Source: Oopsacas minuta (Eukaryota; Animalia; Porifera). Taken from it: 62,066 nucleotides of DNA. Of the stretch, positions 50,732-62,066 are shown piece by piece. Location of the stretch: NCBI GenBank assembly GCA_024704765.1, contig JAKMXF010000302.1, positions 462,389 through 524,454 on the forward strand, given 5' to 3'. Under the pieces are notes generated by a model. It did no database searches. It saw only the letters and a list, made by a program, of their open reading frames with translations, and was not told where the DNA came from. Numbering within the stretch: position 1 is the first letter of the stretch; each line of letters opens with the position of its first letter. Position numbers and translations under genes: made by a program.

Positions 50732-52374
50732 AGGATTATTTCTGGTAAAACAAATCTTCTACATAATCTTTTAATCTCATTTTCCCCAAATCCAGGTGTA
50801 TGTTCTAATGGCCAACTTTCTTTATTTAATATTTGGAGGTCCTTCATCAGGGCAGAATCATCTGGATTAGTAATCTTAAATAACCGATCTTCCATAGATG
50901 TGATTAAGGAGCCTAGAAATTTGTGTTTATTGATATTTACAATTGCCTTATTGTGTTTAAGACTAGTCTTATTGAATTGTAGTTCTTTTGCAGCACATTC
51001 TGCCTCTGAGATTTAGTGCCAGGATAGTTTTTCAAGCTTTCCAAACGTCTTATTGTTCTCTTAATCATTTGATCAGCATGCATGATTGAGGTAGCACGAT
51101 GTTGTAATAACTCCGAAAGCGACGATAATTCATAGAGAGTATCAAACATCAGCCCTAGATCCGATAAAAATTCTGGTGATCTTATTCTCTTTTCCAATCC
51201 ATTGAACATTGCTCTATCTGTCGAATCTCTACTGAAGTCTTGTGAAGCTGTTTCAAAGTGTTTACACAATGATTCGTAACTATACCAAACAGCTTTAACA
51301 GTTCTGAATGAGCTGGCGACCCAGCGTGTGTCTAGGAGACGTCCTACTTTTGTCACTTGTTCACTTACAGCTAAAGAACATTCAATAAGTTCCCTTTGAT
51401 TTTTAGGGGAACGTGAATACAGGGAGTACAATTTGTCGAAAAATATCTTGAAATGATTTATCGAATTTAATTTTTTGAATGTGTCAGACACTGACAGTTC
51501 CAAACGATGATCAAACAATGCCAGAGAATAGTGTTAAGAAATTGTTTAGCGATCCGTGTTCCTACACCACCATGTTTCCCAAGCATCACGCTTGCGCCAT
51601 CGCAAGCAAAGGCAATCATATCCTGGTTGATATAACATTCATCAAATCCCTATCTCCCCATACATTCCATTAGTGCATCAAAAATAGTCGCGGCATCCTA
51701 CTTTTGGAGCTCAACAAGATCTAAAAATATGAATTGTGCTCCAAATTCTTGAAATTTCACATTTTAAATATACTATTAGCGCAGACTTATTAGATAGTGT
51801 TGTAGATTCGTCAATAAGAATCGAAATTTTTCCTTGAATTTCTTGTACATGGGTAAACAATTTATTTCGCATTTCAATAGCAACATGATCAATTATTTTT
51901 GTGGCAGATTGTCGAGAATGAAGGTTTAGTCCGAGATCAGTCCCGTTTATTTGCTGAAGTTCAACTAAATCTGAATGATCAGTATAGAGTCTATTATTCT
52001 TGGCAAGGTAGTATGCTGTTCGAAAAATTATTTGAGTAGACTCCAGTTCTATCTTTTTTGACATATCCATGTGTTTTTCCATACAAAATAACTCTGCGGC
52101 TTCACTAATTTCTTGGACTGAAATGTGGGCTTAGAAATTCTTTTGAATGATTGTTTTTTTTCGTAATGATTTAAGTTTAGAATCCCTAGTGAGTCCATTA
52201 TAATTAACAGTACCCTCGGCCCATTCAATTGAAATATGTACTCCCTACCTCTTGTGTATGGATAGAGAAGACACGTGTTTACAGATTGAGCAACCTAATT
52301 TTCCATTTTTATAGTATAGCCATGGATACAACTGTTTCTTGGACGTCCAATTGTCAGAAGACCAAAACTCAGGA
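50732..52374 (-). pseudogene. Partial second copy of the KIAA1586-like hAT transposase
   Basis: Near-identical to 54061-55706 (4 differences in the first ~130 bp compared), with extra frameshifts. It starts at N 50731. Confidence 0.85.
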
Positions 52375-53091
52375 CCAAGACCGGTTAGGTCAAATAATGC
52401 TCAGCAACCTATATACAAAAGGACAGGAAGGGGTATTGCCCTTCATAATGAAAAAAGCAAAGGAGTTTTCTCATAACAGTCTCACGAACANGGGATAGAT
52501 CCACGTCACTAAATCAAGCAAATGGAGACAGCTAAGGAAGCTTTTATTCTATTAGTTCCTAACTGTTTCGTCCTGGGAGAGAGAGTGTATTAGAATAAAT
52601 GGAGAGGGAGAGAGACTACTTTCTTATTGTATTAGTTATTAGCTTGGTTGTTATAGACACAATGAACAACGATGGATAATACAGTGTATTAAATTAGACA
52701 AATGTTGTTGTAGAGACATGGATAATGTGTGTTAATATTAGAAATGTTGTTGTAGATAATGGATAATGTGTGCTAATGTTCTAATAATGAAGGCAAAAAT
52801 GAAGGGATACTGTAACTAAATGATTGAAATAGAGACGCAGTGAATGATTTTGATCCGTCATTGTAGAAGGATTTCAAGGCTGTGAGTCGATTGAAGGATT
52901 TTTTTCATTCAAAGCAAGGTTATGGAGTGTCTTCCTAGTATTATAGACACAATCAACAAGAACGATGGATAATGTGCATTAAATTAGAGACAATTTCATG
53001 GTTGATTGTTGTTTCAGCAAGGACAAGAGGAGGCCGAGAGACTGTTTACGAGATTAGTTATCAGAGTGTTTGAAATAGCGAATCATTGGTC

Positions 53092-53300
53092 AAGGAATTG
53101 CCGGACGAATGGCGAAGATTTCTCCATAGAGATAATGCATGGGAAATGGCAAAAGTTTTCATTTGTTCGAAATATTTCATAGACGATGACGTGTTTCTTC
53201 ACTTCGATATTCCTATGGTACAGTAGAGAAGGTTTCAAGAAATCCTGGTCCTTATGAAAAATGCCAAGCCCATCAATTTACTAACTGCCCTTCTTATTAA
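53092..53300 (+). pseudogene. Degenerate THAP-domain-like remnant
   Basis: KELPDEWRRFLHRDNAWEMAKVFICSKYFIDDD then, after a frameshift, GTVEKVSRNP...FTNCPSY. This resembles the THAP W...R...C..HF core (H replaced by Y) and the terminal FP.CPSY motif. Confidence 0.4.
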
Positions 53301-53517
53301 CCTGACTATTTTTAGCTTGGCTGCTACTAGGGATGGGACGGAGCTCCGCGCAAACTTTTCAGCTCCGTCTTTACATCCGCATCCGCGGATACGCGTATTA
53401 TGCATATCCGCCCTTATTTTCCTACTGTAATAGGAACCAATCAGATTTGTAATTGTCTAATATACGCTTAAATATTATTATTTGCCCATCACGTTTACAC
53501 TACTATAGATTGATATT

Positions 53518-56450
53518 CAGGGATGTCCTGCTCTAATTATAACTATGGGAGCGCTATTTCAAATTTCAAATTCAATTGAATATATTCTAATTTCTAATAC
53601 AAAATTCAAACAGTATACCGGTATTTGAATTAATAAGATATGAATAATATGAAATGTTAGTTGTAAATCTGAAAATAGAGTTCTAACAAGTGATTGAATA
53701 CACAAAATTATTTAACTAATAATACTTCCAAATTTCTTCTCGTTCATGGGGCTCAGAAATTTTGGATTTCAATCCATGGACATCTGTTGCTGAATTATGG
53801 TGCAAGAGCCAAGATTTAGAATATTCCAATGGTCTCCAAATAGTCAGTGGTGGACCATTAAGCTGGATAAACAGCAAAGAAGAAACGTGTTCTATTGTAA
53901 GCCGGTTTCGTTTCTCATCCAATATGATATTCATTTGACTAAACCCCCTTTCGCATTCAGATGAGCTGCATGGAATAACTTCTACGCAGTTTATCAATGG
54001 CCTTAAAGCAGAAGGAGTTCGAATACCGATGTTGTCATAATATTCGCAGAATGCATCAACCAGGATTATTTCTGGTAAAACAAATCTTCTACATAATCTT
54101 TTAATCTCATTTTCTCCAAATCCAGGTGTATGTTCTAATGGCCAAGTTTCTTTATTTAATATTTGGAGATCCTTCATCAGGGTAGAATCATCTGGATTAG
54201 TAATCTTAAATAACCGATCTTCCATAGATGTGATTAAGGAGCCTAGAAATTTATGTTTATTGATATTTACAATTGCCTTATTGTGTTTAAGACCAGTCGT
54301 ATTAAATTGTAGTTCTTTTGCAGCACATTCTGCCTCGAGAGATTTAGTGCCAGGATTGTTTTTCAAGCTTTCCAAACGTCTTATTGTCCTCTTAATCATT
54401 TGATCAGCATGCATGATTGAGGTAGCACGATGTTGTAATAACTCCGAAAGCGACGATAATTCATAGAGAGTATCAAACATCAGCCCTAGATCCATTAAAA
54501 ATTCTGGTGATCTTATTCTCTTTTCCAATCCATTGAACATTGCCCTATCAGTCGAATCTCTACTGAAGTCTTGTGAAGCTGTTTCAAAGTGTTTACACAA
54601 TGATTCGTAACTATACCAAACAGCTTTAACAGTTCTGAATGAGCTGGAGACCCAGCGTGTGTCTAGGAGCCGTCCTACTTTTGTCACTTGTTCACTTACT
54701 GCTAAAGAACATTCAATAAGTTCCCTTTGATTTTTAGGGGAACGTGAATACAGGGAGTACAATTTGTCGAAAAATATCTTGAAATGATTTATCGAATTTA
54801 ATTTTTTGATTGTGTCAGACACTGACAGTTCCAAACGATGATTTAAGCAATGCCAGAGAATAGTGTTAGGAAATTGTTTAGCCATCCGTGTTCCTACACC
54901 GCTATGTTTTCCAAGGATCACGCTTGCGCCATCGCAAGCAAAGCCAATCATATTCTGGTTGATATAACATTCATCAAATCCATATCTCCCCATACATTCC
55001 ATTAGTGCATCAAAAATTGTCTCGGCATCCTGCTTTTGGAGCTCAACAAGATCTAAAAATATGAATTGTGCTCCAAATTCTTTGAAGTTTCACATTTTAA
55101 ATATACTATTAACGCAGACTTATTAGATAGTGTTGTAGATTCGTCAATAAGAATCGAAATTTTTCCTTGAATTTCTTGTACATGGGTAAACAATTTATTT
55201 CGCATTTCAATAGCAACATGATCAATTATTTTTGTGGCAGATTGTCGAGAATGAAGGCTTAGTCCGAGATCAGTCCCGTTCATTTGCTGAAGTTCAACTA
55301 AATCTGAATGATCAGCATAGGGTCTATTATTCTTGGCAAGGTAGTATGCTGTTCGAAAAATTCTTTGAGTAGACTCCAGTTCTATCTTGTTTGACATATC
55401 CATGTGTTTTTCCATACAAGATAACTCTGCGGCTACACTAATTTCTTGGGCTGAATTGTGGGCTTTGGAATTCTTGTAAATTATGATTTTTTTTCGCAAT
55501 GATTTAAGTTTAGAATCCCTAGTGAGTCCATTATAATTAACAGTACCCTCGGCCCATTCAATTGAAATATGTACTCATGTCTCTTGTGTATGGATAGAGA
55601 AGACACGTGTTTACAGATTGAGCAACCTAATTTTCCATTTTTATAGTATAGCCATGGATGCAACTGTTTCTTGGACGTCCAATTGTCAGAGGACCAAACC
55701 TCAGGCCATTTAAGGTTGATGGTACACTCGGAAATTACATCAATGTCACCACACTCTTCAGAAGTACAATAAGTTGGATTTTGAGAGCCCGAATTTGCAC
55801 CTTCGAGATAGTCGTCCGATAATAGGTTCACATCTTCATAAGAATTATTTGGATTTTGTGAAGTAGGTAGGAAGTAAGAATTAATACTTTGTTTATATCT
55901 CTTAGGTAATGATGCCTGAGGTTCAGTAGCTATAGTTACTAGTTCCTCGTTGAATTCTGCCATATAACAAATCAAACCTCGTAAAAGGTAGATCTATAGT
56001 AAACTATGAAAGAGAAGTAGGGGCAAAAAATGTAAACTTTTGATATAGGTACGAATAATATGATTAGTTATTTTATATATCCTACATACCAGAACACGTT
56101 GCGTATGATATAATTATTACTTGATTAAAAGAATCATTTGAAATAGATATTTTGTTTACGATTAACGCTAGATTCGAATAAAATAATACATAGTGAGGTA
56201 AAACTTCCCATTGTTCTTCAAAACAAGTACAATATATTCACGGCGCTATAAAGTAAACATTTGCTCTCTCAACTCAACATAATTATATTTGGGACAAATA
56301 TCAAGTTATTTCAAATATTGATGGTATGCTACTGTAGAAATTATTACTTGCCAATTTGATTTGTTAAAAAAAGTATGGGAGCGGCGCTCCCACAACCTGA
56401 AAGACTATGGGAGCGGCGCTCCCACCCGCTCCCACAGCAGGACACCACTG
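53518..56450 (-). mobile_element. KIAA1586-like hAT transposon nested in the Ac-type element
   Basis: Imperfect 15-bp TIRs CAG(G/T)G(A/G)TGTCCTGCT. Perfect 8-bp TSD TTGATATT at 53510-53517 and 56451-56458. Subterminal GGGAGCG(GCGCTCCC) repeats. Confidence 0.88.
53716..55963 (-). pseudogene. KIAA1586-like hAT transposase with two frameshifts
   Basis: Three ORFs: HPWL...GKLGCSIC, ILIDESTT, FACDGASV, WHCLNHRLEL, DTRWV and IPCSSSECERGFSQMN. Confidence 0.85.
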
Positions 56451-56534
56451 TTGATATTACATTTACCACCTACAATTATATTTATTCCTGCTTTATTTCC
56501 TTAATTCATTGCCTCAATTTTCAGATTCAATAGT

Positions 56535-58372
56535 TTGATCTGGAAATATTTTTCTCGCGACAGTTCTCATGGCAAGCGTGCTACCTGTAATATTTGCAAA
56601 AAATCTTACTCTCGTGCTGGTAATTCTACTACACCACTTTTAAATCATCTCCGTTCGATCCACAAGAAAGTACACCAGGAGTACGAATTGCTTTTGGAAG
56701 AACGGCAGCAAGAGAGTACAGTAGTTAAACCATGGTCTGAGATGGCTTTGGCAAAGTTTGAGACGAAGAAACAAATCACGATGGAGAAAGTACTTGACCG
56801 TAATCTGCAGTGGGATAATTCTCATGTGAAGTCAATCCAATTAGACAAATTGATTGGGGGAAATGATTGCACTTGATGATTTGCCATTTAGTCATGTTGA
56901 AGATCTTGGTTTTATTAGGTTTGTCCATTGTGCAGCGCCTCTCTACAACCTGAAGACACGAAGGTATTACAGCGAAAAGATAATGCCTGATATTTATGAA
57001 TCTGTATCGAACAAGGTGTATGATTTCCTCTGATTACATCAAGCTCTCTTTCACTACCGACATCTGGACAAACGACTCGGCTAAGGTTTGCTTAATGAGC
57101 CTGACTGCACATTGCATCGACGAAAACTTCAAACGAAAAAAGTTTGTTCTATGTGCTACTGAATTGGATGAACGCCACACAGGCGAATATATAAACGAAG
57201 TGTTTATCAGAATGCTCGAGCGGTGGAGTATCCCTTTAGGAAAGGTTCTTGTGGTGTTGCGGGACGCTGGAGCGAACATGAAAAAAGCAATGAAAATTGG
57301 TGGCATTCCCAGCTTCGACTGCGGGAACTACCAAATCCATCTCGTCGTTACAGAGGCAGCTAAGAGCCGGCGTACCATAATCGATTGCATTGCTCGTGTT
57401 CGTAAGATATCGGGACACTTTAACCATTCGCCTACCGCTTAGGCTGATTTGAAAAGGATTCAAAAAGCACAACTAGATAAGAAAACTGCTTTGATTCCTA
57501 TCCAAGATGTGTCTACACGTTGGAACACCCTTTATGACATGTTGATGCGTCACGGTGAGCTAGAGGATGCTTTACGGATGTATACCGGTAACATAGAATT
57601 GAAGATTACTGACTTCGAATTGATTCAGAAAATAACAAACATACTTAAGGGATTCAAACTGATTACCGAGAAACTCAGTGGATCTTACGCAACTATGGGT
57701 GATCTTTTTATTCTAGTGAAATCGCTCTTGTTATCTCTTGCAGATAGTGAAGATCCAATATTTTCCGGGATCAAATCATTTCGCCTAACACTGAGAGATG
57801 ATCTCAAACGTCGAATGGATGGTCTTGAGAACAATGACATCGTTGCAATCTCAACCTTTCTCAATCCGAGGTTCAAAGAAAAGCACTTTTCTTCCAAGTA
57901 TATATGCGGAGAGGTGCGACGTAAAGTGGCAGATGCAGTTCAGAATTTGGATTTGGAAATCAGGAATGTTGAGAGCGATGAAGTTGTTCCTGTGTCAAAG
58001 CACTACAAGCCGTCGTGTGGAAGTGGGTTAATAGATATCTTTGCCATGCTTAACGAGAGCGACGATGAGGAAGAAGACAGACAAACAAATACTCCAATAG
58101 TTGATTCAATTAATCAATACGTTGCTGAGCAACGTATTCCTTCCGATGCTGATCCCTTTGCTTGGTGGAACATGAATAAGCATCGATATGTGTCGTTGAG
58201 CAAATTGGCGCGAATTTTCCTTTCTGCCCCACCAACCAGTGTACCATCTGAGCAGCTGTTCAGCAGTGCTGGAATCATTTATGAACCAACGCGGAACCGT
58301 TTAAGTGGTGACAAGGCAGAAATGCTCCTTTTTTTGAAATACAATTTATGCTTACTAAAGTTTGAGTATTAG
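56535..58372 (+). pseudogene. Ac/ZBED4-like hAT transposase (one frameshift, one stop)
   Basis: BED finger WKYF...CNIC...NHLRSIH, plus SFTTDIWT, VLRDAGANM, STRWNT, FLNPRFK and PPTSVPSEQLFS. Possible splice acceptor TTTTCAG just upstream. Confidence 0.88.
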
Positions 58373-59134
58373 ATCTATAGAGCATATAGCTGGTATTTTG
58401 TTTTGATTATTGTTTAGAGTTTAGAGTATAATACAGAGAATCAATATATGCTGTATCGAGTAAATTAGAAATACAATACTGTGTGCCCTGTAAAGTTGAA
58501 ATCCGCATCCGCGGAGGTTCAAGATTCCACATCCTCATCTATATCCGCATCCGCGGATGTGGGAAATCTCACATCCATCCCATCCCTAGTTGCTACGGCC
58601 CTGTTAGTGGATGTATATTTTCCCAAGAACACTAGAATAGGCATAAGAGCAGCATACATTGTGTCATCTGTTCCTTTGTTGTTGCAGGATATATTCCCAA
58701 ATCTAAGCTGGAGCAGGAGTAGAAGGAGAGACTGAGTAATGAACTGGTGCATCTTACCAGTCCATTACCTCATTGCCTGTCCCTATGTCCATTGCGTCAT
58801 ACTCTGGATCTATGTCCATAGGCGAGGTTTCACGAGCTGTATGGTGTTCTGGTACCAGATCTTGTTCCATAGTGCTAATGTTATCTTACTTTTTATCAAT
58901 GTTTGTTCGGTAAAATGCCTTTTGGAGATGGACTATGTCAAAAGACTCTTCTCCGTCAATTGACTATTCTGAAAGCAAACGAAGTTATATTCCTAGAGAA
59001 ACCTCNCTTTGTAAACACTACAGTGGAATGCCACTTCGTATGATGCTTCCTGTGAAATCGTTGCCTATTCACGAAATGTAGATATAAATAGCACGTATTT
59101 TCTATCATTCAACATAATATTCAAAATAGCTTCA

Positions 59135-61528
59135 ATGGACTCAGAAATGCATCAGACAAACTCTAACAATGACGAGGAATACTCATTCGAGGAAGATTTC
59201 GCCAATAATGACGAAAGTGACGTTGAACTTGAAAGCGGTGAATTCGAGGGTGATGAATCGATAGTGAAGAGTTCGATACGGATGAGCATGATTGTAGTGA
59301 ACTTGGCAATGATGAGATTGACAGAAGGGAACACTGCTACTTTGGGAAAACGCACTTGTAAACCCCTAATTTGAAGCCCAAGCGTCTGCAGGTATATTGC
59401 AATCAATCTTCCAAGCCAGTGAAAGAATTCGTGCATATTCAGTATATAGGTGAAATCGAACCTGAATCGAGGACTCTTTCCCAAAAATTTAAAATTTCGC
59501 AAGTTCCACCCCAGTTTTTTTCACATGGTAAAGAATGGGAAATGCGAACGATATTTCCGACCAATGGAACTCCAAAATTATCTTGCAGAGGACTACCGCG
59601 ATTTGACTGCTTGTATATGCCATTGGAGCAAATTTCGAGACGAACTCTCAAATATCTAAGACAAGTCACAGAATTTCACTATCAAATTTGAGGACCCCAC
59701 AATCGAAAGGTTTTATCCTGAGCTCTGGGAGCAGCCAATGCGCGAAGGCTTGTCAAAGTTTCCTTACATGAACGAACCTTTTGAAAATGCAATGAGCGTC
59801 TTGAGAATCCCTCAGAACAAATTCACCAATATTCCTGTGGCAATTGAAGCACCCACTCAGCCACTGCACTCTCATCCACCCTCACCACAACATGTTTTGT
59901 CACAGGAAGCTTGTCATCTTCTTGAAGCTGAGGAACCCATTGTGTTCTTCAATGCAATTTTCCGTAAATATGAATTTGTGCAAATTTTGAATGAATCTAA
60001 AGATTTCGTAAACAAAAACACTTCGACCAGGCCCCACACCATTTTACATGCCCTACTTACGATGAAATATGATGTTTTATTGGGCTGCTGATGTGGACAT
60101 CTCTCGTTCAACTCCCGAACCGTAGAACATACTTCATGAAATCAGATATTTATCAAGTACCACAATTCAGAAAGCATATGACCCGTGACAGATTCGAGCA
60201 ATTACTAAGAATGCTTCATTTCACCAATAATGATGAGATACCCGACGACATTTTAACCGCTGAAAGATTTGAAGCAAAGCTTGGCAACCCTTTAACATCG
60301 TTCAATAATAACATTAAGCGGTTTATTACCCCAGCAAAATCTCTGTCAATTGATGAGATGATGGTCAAGTTTTACGGAAGGAGTGTTGTCCGCCAGTACA
60401 TCAAAGTGAAGCCTACAAAGTATGGTGTGAAACTCTGGGGATTGTGTTGTGTATGTTGCGGATATTCACTTACACAAAATCTGTACTTGGGTAGCTCAGC
60501 TGGTAGTGTGAGTGGACGAGATGTTGTCATCCAACTTACAGAACCGTATTTTGATAAGGGTCATGTCGTATATTGCGATCGATTTTTCTCTCATCTGGAT
60601 TTGGCATCGTATTTGAGGTTGAGAAAAACTGGTATGGTAGGCACATCTTCCATCACTTCTCTACCACCTGATCTCCAATATATTGTAGACCACATGCATC
60701 CATTGACATGGGCATTCAAATGGTATAATTGTGAGGCCAATATCAAGCACAAAAGCAACGGTACCATTCGCCATTTACAGTCAAATGAACCAGTTTCCTG
60801 GGTAGTCTGGATGGATAAAAAATACAAATCTAGAGATAAAAAGGTTCCTTTCATCAACAACTGCATACCAAATATACCCTCAATTCCAACTCAGTTTCAA
60901 GAAAGAAAAAAACATTAGAGATGCTAGTAACAAATATTCAAGATGCTGTATCCCGAGTCCTCCTGTGCTAAAGGCTTACAACAATAGAATGGGAGGGGTA
61001 GATCGGCATGATAGACTTGTAGGACACCATTCTATTCCTTTGTCTACGAAAAGAGGATACATCAAAATATTTTTTTCATATACTTGATTCTGCAGTCGTA
61101 AACGCATGGATCCTCTTCAAAACTGTCAGGAAACGAAGTGGTATGTGGAATCTTGCTGAAGAAAGGAGATACACTTTAACATGGTTCAAAGAAAATATTG
61201 TCCTGTCCCTTTGTGGGAATTTCTCATCCAGAAAGCAACAGCCAAAAGTAAGAACCGCCAGTCTCTCTATTCCAACCCAAACTATCCCCATGACGCTGTC
61301 AAACACCAAATAAGACCTGTCTCTCAAATAACAGGCATGCCTCCCATCGCTGACAAATGCGTTAAATGTTCAGTCTTGAAAAGAACTGCATGTGTCATTT
61401 GCAAGGAACCATATTGCTATGATTGTGGCATGATACACATGGAGGAAATTTTGCAAAAAGACATAACAGTGATACACATAGCGAAGATATTCCAGAAAAC
61501 AACTCAGATATCGATGAGGATGTGGTAG
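59135..61528 (+). pseudogene. piggyBac-like transposase pseudogene (second related copy)
   Basis: Acidic N-terminus, SIDEMMV, VYCDRFF, MGGVDRHD, and a C-terminal Cys-rich CVKC...CVICKEPYCYDC..IH region. Frameshifts and stops. Confidence 0.85.
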
Positions 61529-61819
61529 AGAGTTTTCCATCTGCCGGCGGAATTCATTAGAAAACACAATTCGGGCCAGCCCAATCCCTACAGGCGGAAC
61601 CGAGCATCAACATATTTATTAATTTACTAACAATTATATATCTTATAAGACTGGAATATTTTCTGTAAAAACTTAGCTTATAAAATATGCGAGTATTTGA
61701 GCAACTTGAATTCTATGTAAATCAAGAGTAAGATTTATCAGGAGAGAATAATTATGCAAAATTTGAAGTCTAAATCCACTGTTTGCTACTATTAACTATT
61801 TCTAATGAAAAAATAATAA

Positions 61820-62065
61820 CTAAGATAATCTCAATATTTCTTCCTCAAAACTTTCTAGCACTAGGTTAAGGTCAATTGTGTGGCACCTTATTGAGTCCGC
61901 CTGATCTTCCATTGTAGTTCTCACATTATCCATCCTCCCCTCCATATCCTCCTTCAGTTCATCTATTTGACTGGACAATGAATCAATCTTCTCCCCCTGT
62001 TCCTCATTTTCGGTGGCTAGATATTCAATTTCTCTATCCTGAGTTTCAATTTTGCTTCTTAGCGT
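61820..62065 (-). CDS. Partial acidic coiled-coil ORF running off the window end
   Basis: My translation: TLRSKIETQDREIEYLATENEEQGEKIDSLSSQIDELKEDMEGRMDNVRTTMEDQADSIRCHTIDLNLVLESFEEEILRLS*. No family recognised. Confidence 0.4.
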   Translation of the reverse strand, partial: TLRSKIETQDREIEYLATENEEQGEKIDSLSSQIDELKEDMEGRMDNVRTTMEDQADSIRCHTIDLNLVLESFEEEILRLS

Positions 62066-62066
62066 C

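Larger units (their letters stand above)
53328..58588 (+). mobile_element. Ac/ZBED-type hAT transposon carrying a nested hAT
   Basis: TIRs TAGGGATGGGA and TCCCATCCCTA. Flanks GCTGCTAC and GTTGCTAC match at 7 of 8. Subterminal ATCCGCATCCGCGGAT repeats at both ends. Confidence 0.88.

Noticed and set aside
58600-59005. Coding remnant (RFHELYGVL...FYQCLFG) of another transposase
   Set aside because: It has multiple stops and no motif I can assign with confidence.

Overview
This 62 kb window is AT-rich eukaryotic (animal-like) DNA made mostly of nested cut-and-paste DNA transposons and tandem repeats. It is not prokaryotic: I found no rRNA, tRNA, CRISPR array or operon. The only host gene I recognise is the terminal exon of an M17 leucine-aminopeptidase-like gene (NPEPL1 type, 23410-23939, +). 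Transposons present: hAT elements of several subtypes (Buster/Charlie, ZMYM1-like, KIAA1586-like, Ac/ZBED-like), two Tc1-like elements (DD37E and DD35E), pogo/Tigger remnants, three piggyBac-like remnants, three Chapaev3 (CMC) copies, a Transib/RAG1-like remnant, and three copies of a ~1.06 kb foldback element with CATAG ends and 7-bp target-site duplications (TSDs), typical of the P superfamily. Two elements look intact: a DD37E Tc1-like element (29058-30403) and a Buster-type hAT (38772-41147). The most notable observations are four. (1) A RAG1-like nonamer-binding-domain coding remnant has a perfect CACAGTG terminus and is fused in frame to a piggyBac fragment. (2) The foldback copies exist as flip-flop isomers and show arm-to-arm conversion. 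(3) The intact DD37E element sits inside an inverted block of a 59-60 bp satellite. (4) The NPEPL1 exon is isolated and carries NPDAEGRL instead of NTDAEGRL. Five single-N positions (25205, 27916, 50731, 52491, 59006) probably mark assembly joins, so adjacency across them is uncertain. All family assignments come from motif recognition by eye, not database searches.
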